The position numbers and the translations under genes are program-made. Of a DNA stretch of 64,000 nucleotides, positions 60,601-64,000 are shown one piece after another. The notes under the pieces were generated by a model. It ran no database searches. It had not been told where the DNA came from and was given only the letters and a program-made list of their open reading frames with translations. Positions within the stretch are counted from its first letter, which is position 1, and every line of letters begins with the position of its first letter. Origin of the DNA: Candidatus Forterrea multitransposorum CG_2015-17_Forterrea_25_41 (lineage in GTDB: Archaea; Iainarchaeota; Iainarchaeia; Iainarchaeales; CSSED10-239); assembly GCA_009392915.1 (NCBI GenBank), contig CP045477.1, positions 672,001 through 736,000 of the forward strand. The letters run 5' to 3'.

Positions 60601-62858
60601 TAAACAATTGCTTTTAAAGTTTGATTTCTGGTTACAGGGATTGAAGTTCCGAGATATTGAGTTGAACTTGAAGTTGGAGTATCTCCATTTGTTGTATAAT
60701 AAATACTATAAGGAAGAGGAGTTGTGGTTGATAGGTCGACAAAAATATTATTATTGTATGTTCCTGAAGGACTTGAGAAAGTAGCAGGACTTGCAATTAA
60801 TTGAACAGTGAAAGTTTGTGTAGCAACAGGACTGGTTGAATAACCAGAAGCATAACAAACTGCTTTTAAAGTTGTAGTGGATGTAAAATTAATTGGAGAA
60901 GAATAAACTGTTCCATCCTCTCTTGTTGGATCAGTTCCATCAGTTGTATATCTTATGGTGCTTGAAGGGGTTGTACAACTTAAAGTTACATTAACACTAT
61001 TTGTAAAAGTACCACCGTTTGGACTAAAGGCAGGAGTTGCAGCAGGAGCATTAATAGTATAAACACCAGTTGAAACATCACTTGAAGTCCAACCTGTTTT
61101 GTAAGTGATTGCACGTAAAGTAGAGGTTGAAGTGATTGGAACAGTTGACTCTCCACTATTGATTTGTGTACCAGTTGTCTGTGTTGGAGTTGCTCCATTT
61201 ATAGTGTATCTGATTTGGGCACCAGCAACAGAAGTTATTGCTACAGATTGAGAATCTGAATATGCACCAGGAGAAGGACTAAAGGTTGGTGCATTTAATT
61301 TGAAGACATAATCTGCTTGAGTGACAGAACTTGCAAGATAACCAGGCTTATAAACAATTGCTTTTAAAGTTTGATTTCTGGTTACAGGGATTGAAGTTCC
61401 GAGATATTGAGTTGAACTTGAAGTTGGAGTATCTCCATTTGTTGTATAATAAATACTATAAGGAAGAGGAGTTGTAGTTGATAAATCAACAAAAATATTA
61501 TTATTATAAGTTCCTGAAGGAAGAGAAAAGATTGCAATATTAGCAGGAAGAGTAACATTATAATCTGCTTGAGATATTGGACCGGTATTTGAACCTACAG
61601 CTGCCATTGCCTTAATAGTTACAGGAGATGATATGTTAATTGGACTTGAATAAACTGGACTTAAAAGAGTAGGATCAAAACCACTTGTGGTATAATGAAT
61701 AGTTGCACCAGGATTTGAATTACTTAAAGTAATATTTTGTATTGTAGAATAATCTCCTGCAGGAGGATTAAAAATAATAGGATCTAAAGGTACAAAGAAA
61801 CTATAAGTAAAAGTTGAAACTGAACTATCATTATAATTTTCTCTACAAGCAATTGCTTTTATGGTAGAGTCTGCAGAAACATTTATTGGAGAAGTATATT
61901 CTGAAAAGCTACCTGAACAATCAGGAATAGAAGAATCTAAAGTATAATAAATAGTTGAAGAAGAGGTTGCACTTGAAAGAACAACATTAATTGGATCTTC
62001 TAAATTTATAGAACTATCAGGAGTTGCAGTTACTGAAGATACAGTATCATAAGAAACTGTGTAAGTTCCAGAAGCAATTCCAGATTTAACACTGTTATAT
62101 TCAGAATATGCCATAATAGTTGTTCCAGGACTAATTGAAATAGGAAGCCCTAAAGTATAAGGTATACCGCTAGTATAAGGATCACTACCATCTATTGTAT
62201 AATAAACAGAAAAACTTGGATCAGATACATCTAAAGTTATAGTTGATGGAAAAGAAAAATAATTATAAGAACCAGGAACAGGATTAAATAATGGTCTTGA
62301 AATCACTGTTGTTTTAGGACCACTATCAGACCAATTAAAAGAATATCTAGAAGATTTTTTGGATTGATTATTTTTTGAAACTTCTATAGATAAATAATAA
62401 GAATCTCCACAAGAACCATTACCTAAATCAATATCTGAAACAATTAAATTATTTGTAATAATTGGATTTAAGTTATCTTCGGGAATAATATTCCCATCTA
62501 AAATAACAGTGTAATCTCCCTCATTTAAAACATCATTATCTTTATTTTCAATAATTAATTTATAAGTACCCTCTCTCGATAAAGGTTTCCAAGAAAAAGA
62601 TAAAAGCCCAATTTTTCTTAAAGTTCCACCTACATCAATAGTTTCACAATCTAAATAATTAGCTTTAACAGAAGTTATTGTTGGAGGTAAAGGACCATCA
62701 GTTGAAGAAGAAACATCATCAACTTGTTCTGATGCTGAATCTCTTGATTGACCACCTAGAGAAACTAAAATAGTTACAATAATTACAGCAACTAATACAC
62801 CACCACCAATCAATATTAAAGTTTCTAAATTACCTTGACCTTTTTTTGATGGTAGCAT
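57654..62858 (-). CDS. Giant (1734 aa) pilin-like surface adhesin: class III signal peptide, the conserved family N-domain, about 13 chitobiase/hexosaminidase-C-like Ig-type repeats, a Cys-containing beta region and a glycine-rich C-terminal domain.
   Basis: N-terminus 'KKGQGNLETLILIGGGVLVAVIIVTILV...SLGGQSRDSASEQ...VKANYLDC'. Repeats with 'IYYTTNGDTPT...TLKAI' signatures. C-terminus 'GGGGGGGYNGNGGNAGQYRYYG...GSGGSGGS'. Confidence 0.7.
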   Translation of the reverse strand: MLPSKKGQGNLETLILIGGGVLVAVIIVTILVSLGGQSRDSASEQVDDVSSSTDGPLPPTITSVKANYLDCETIDVGGTLRKIGLLSFSWKPLSREGTYKLIIENKDNDVLNEGDYTVILDGNIIPEDNLNPIITNNLIVSDIDLGNGSCGDSYYLSIEVSKNNQSKKSSRYSFNWSDSGPKTTVISRPLFNPVPGSYNYFSFPSTITLDVSDPSFSVYYTIDGSDPYTSGIPYTLGLPISISPGTTIMAYSEYNSVKSGIASGTYTVSYDTVSSVTATPDSSINLEDPINVVLSSATSSSTIYYTLDSSIPDCSGSFSEYTSPINVSADSTIKAIACRENYNDSSVSTFTYSFFVPLDPIIFNPPAGDYSTIQNITLSNSNPGATIHYTTSGFDPTLLSPVYSSPINISSPVTIKAMAAVGSNTGPISQADYNVTLPANIAIFSLPSGTYNNNIFVDLSTTTPLPYSIYYTTNGDTPTSSSTQYLGTSIPVTRNQTLKAIVYKPGYLASSVTQADYVFKLNAPTFSPSPGAYSDSQSVAITSVAGAQIRYTINGATPTQTTGTQINSGESTVPITSTSTLRAITYKTGWTSSDVSTGVYTINAPAATPAFSPNGGTFTNSVNVTLSCTTPSSTIRYTTDGTDPTREDGTVYSSPINFTSTTTLKAVCYASGYSTSPVATQTFTVQLIASPATFSSPSGTYNNNIFVDLSTTTPLPYSIYYTTNGDTPTSSSTQYLGTSIPVTRNQTLKAIVYKPGYLASSVTQADYVFKLNAPTFSPSPGAYSDSQSVAITSVAGAQIRYTINGATPTQTTGTQINSGESTVPITSTSTLRAITYKTGWTSSDVSTGVYTINAPAATPTFSPNGGTHTNSVNVTLSCSTPSSTIRYTTDGTDPTRDDGTVYSSPINFTSTTTLKAVCYAFGYSTSPVATQTFTVQLIANPATFSSPSGTYNNNIFVDLSTTTPLPYSIYYTTNGDTPTSSSTQYLGTSIPVTRNQTLKAIVYKSGYLESSVSQADYTFKLNSPTFSPLPGTYSTAQNVVITSVPGAQISYTLDNSTPVQGGVNVINHGESVLINSPTPLKAIAYKTGWTSSDLVQGYYNVDITPDPVTVLGGGATCNANATLTATGGANGTIYYQGTTSNGTSTMNASTSEVVSSPGTYYFRARSTSGTWGTQGSATVSFNTPSVAPTSITGNTSVCSGSPTTLTAIGGTVGTGATYQWYAGTCGTAISLGSSSSLTVSPTSTTTYYARLSGTCNTTSCVSKTVTIASPPTVNVTPGERCGNGSVTLGATTTSGTIEWYTSSTGGSPIATGNSFTTPLLNWTTTYYVGVTGGTCNLTTRVPVTATILSQPGSVSISLQNSGPGFATISATGGSGGTIYFQGTTSMGTSTSLGGTPQTVNSNGTYYFRARSTNGCWGSQSSINVTIPAGLSNLELSNNPSGFAFNSNTYNYNDIFYLISTTNSITVTPTGTGTITVNGSTVSSGSASSPISISDGNLKTITVNVTQGATSATYTLKVRKIITTHTGTATVTEGISGGYAYRVHKFRSGTGTYTINIDFPMYMLEYLVVGGGGGGGGYNGNGGNAGQYRYYGLVSSSADTYDVVVGSGGSGGSYNTAGTAGGYSFFNGTIASGGSGGSSSTNYACPPQNRGGTGSGGSGSCWASPPGYGVGGPGTSNDITGSNVIYAAGGNSRENSGSAGAPNTGNGGDGKASGSGTRGLSGGSGVVIVRVQIPV
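59545..61500. repeat. About 740-bp tandem direct repeat (2.6 copies, the last two nearly identical) inside the giant adhesin gene.
   Basis: 60284..60723 and 61024..61470 are near-identical by eye. 59745..60283 is a slightly diverged copy. Each unit encodes three Ig-like domains (about 247 aa). Confidence 0.8.
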
Positions 62859-62891
62859 AATTAATTCCTATTTAAATTTAAAAAAAATCAT

Positions 62892-63563
62892 TTAATTAAT
62901 ATAAATAAAAAATGATTTAAATCCCTCTTGTTGTAAAAACAATTCTCCTGAACATTTATCATATGAAAGCATTAAATTTTTCATAAAGTCAAGTGAACTA
63001 TTTAAAAATTCAGGATTAGACGCATCTAAATTACAAGAACCTTCTTTAGAAATTAAATGTTTTGAAGACTCATTTAAACCAACTTCCATTTCTGCAATAC
63101 CTTCTTCAGTATAACCATCATCTAGATACATTTGTTTTTGAGCATCTAAAAAAGATGTATTATGATCTAAAAGTTTTAAAGAAACTATACATTCATTAGA
63201 TTCATTAAGTCCTTCAATAGAATATTCTACAGAATAATTATATCTACTACCTGCTGAAGGATAGTCAATAGATTCAGTTGAAGAGAAAACTACATTTTCT
63301 TGACAAGTTGAAAAATTATTTGAAAAACAAGCAAAGTCTTCACAATATGTGTTAGGATCAACTACTTCTTCTGGAACATGAGGTTGATTTTCATCTCCCG
63401 CACCACCATTAGGATTTATTGTATCTATATCATCTGGTAAATTTTCAAAAGAAGAATCGTCAATAACATCTTCTTGTGGAGAACTTACAAGAACAAAAGC
63501 AACTGCAGCTGCTAAAACTAGTAAAACTAATAAAATTATTATAATTGGTCTCAAAAATATCAC
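62892..63563 (-). CDS. Secreted or membrane-anchored acidic protein, hypothetical.
   Basis: N-terminal TM 'IIIILLVLLVLAAAVAFVLV'. D/E-rich with several Cys. Confidence 0.3.
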   Translation of the reverse strand: MIFLRPIIIILLVLLVLAAAVAFVLVSSPQEDVIDDSSFENLPDDIDTINPNGGAGDENQPHVPEEVVDPNTYCEDFACFSNNFSTCQENVVFSSTESIDYPSAGSRYNYSVEYSIEGLNESNECIVSLKLLDHNTSFLDAQKQMYLDDGYTEEGIAEMEVGLNESSKHLISKEGSCNLDASNPEFLNSSLDFMKNLMLSYDKCSGELFLQQEGFKSFFIYIN

Positions 63564-63686
63564 CTTTATTTTTTTCTAATTTATTAAATAAATATATTTA
63601 TCTATATATATGTAGATAGTATTATAAATACTTTTCTTTTTATTTAAAAACCTTTAAAAATTAATTATTTTATTTAAAAAAACACA

Positions 63687-64000
63687 TCAACCTATTAAAA
63701 CAATTACAGGTTTTAAAGTTAAAACTTTTTTTACCATTTTTGAATCAACCATAGATTTTACAACTTCATTTGAAGATTTATAAGCAGAAGGTTGTTCTTC
63801 TCTTGCTAAATTTTCAGAAACATTTTCTAAAATAACATTGTTTTTTTCCATAAATAATTTTAAATCTTTAAAAGAAATTTTTTCTTTAGCTTCTTTTCTT
63901 GAAAGACTTCTTCCAGAACCATGAGCTACAGAACAAAAAGTATTTTTCACACCCTTATCTGGAATTAATAAATAAGTATCATCAAGCATAGAACCTGGCA
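63687..64000 (-). CDS. rtcB: RNA-splicing ligase RtcB, C-terminal fragment (the gene continues beyond the window end).
   Basis: 'FCSVAHGSGRSLSRKEA' matches the conserved RtcB C-terminal 'CHGAGR' region. The frame is open to the window edge. Confidence 0.55.
   Translation of the reverse strand, partial: PGSMLDDTYLLIPDKGVKNTFCSVAHGSGRSLSRKEAKEKISFKDLKLFMEKNNVILENVSENLAREEQPSAYKSSNEVVKSMVDSKMVKKVLTLKPVIVLIG

Overview
Archaeal chromosomal window, extremely AT-rich with lysine-rich proteins and compact gene spacing. The gene content and small protein sizes suggest a DPANN-type archaeon (Woese-, Pace- or Nanoarchaeota-like). The standard genetic code is used throughout. No rRNA, tRNA or CRISPR array was recognised.

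Core genes identified by motif:
- A pyruvate:ferredoxin oxidoreductase operon porG-porD-(HD hydrolase)-porA-porB. porB is interrupted by a 372-aa LAGLIDADG intein.
- AMP-forming acetyl-CoA synthetase.
- DNA topoisomerase VI subunits A and B, MCM helicase, and an RPA-like ssDNA-binding protein.
- The conserved cluster aIF2-beta / aIF1A / RIO kinase / KH (Dim2-like) protein.
- A cold-shock protein, a CorA Mg2+ transporter, a presenilin-type intramembrane protease, and the C-terminus of the RtcB RNA ligase at the window edge.
- An asparagine synthetase fused to a second PP-loop, diphthine-ammonia-ligase-like domain.

Accessory content:
- A glycosylation island: methyltransferase, two GT2, one GT4, a DUF354 protein and a Wzx-like flippase.
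- Two toxin-antitoxin-like modules: HicAB plus an orphan HicB with a duplicated 5' region, and a nucleotidyltransferase followed by a HEPN-like ORF broken by an in-frame TAA.
- An IS4/IS5-type insertion sequence flanked by 26-bp direct repeats.
- An AAA+ ATPase (AAA+/DUF4143-like) preceded by a GC-rich tandem palindrome.

The most striking content is a cell-surface and appendage gene set:
- Three proteins share a novel N-terminal domain behind an archaeal prepilin-type (class III) signal peptide or a plain N-terminal TM anchor. One is a 1734-aa adhesin with near-identical 740-bp tandem repeats encoding chitobiase-like Ig domains and a glycine-rich C-terminus.
- A fourth, Cys-rich pilin-like protein.
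- A FlaI/PilB-family secretion ATPase with a 400-aa Cys-containing N-terminal extension.
- An S-layer-like protein and an M6 (InhA-like) metalloprotease.
- A DsbA-like oxidoreductase translationally coupled to a frameshifted CxxC membrane ORF.
- A three-member paralogous family ending in the motif 'LPVFIDFENKKLF'.

Together these look like a candidate host-attachment apparatus that has not been described as such.
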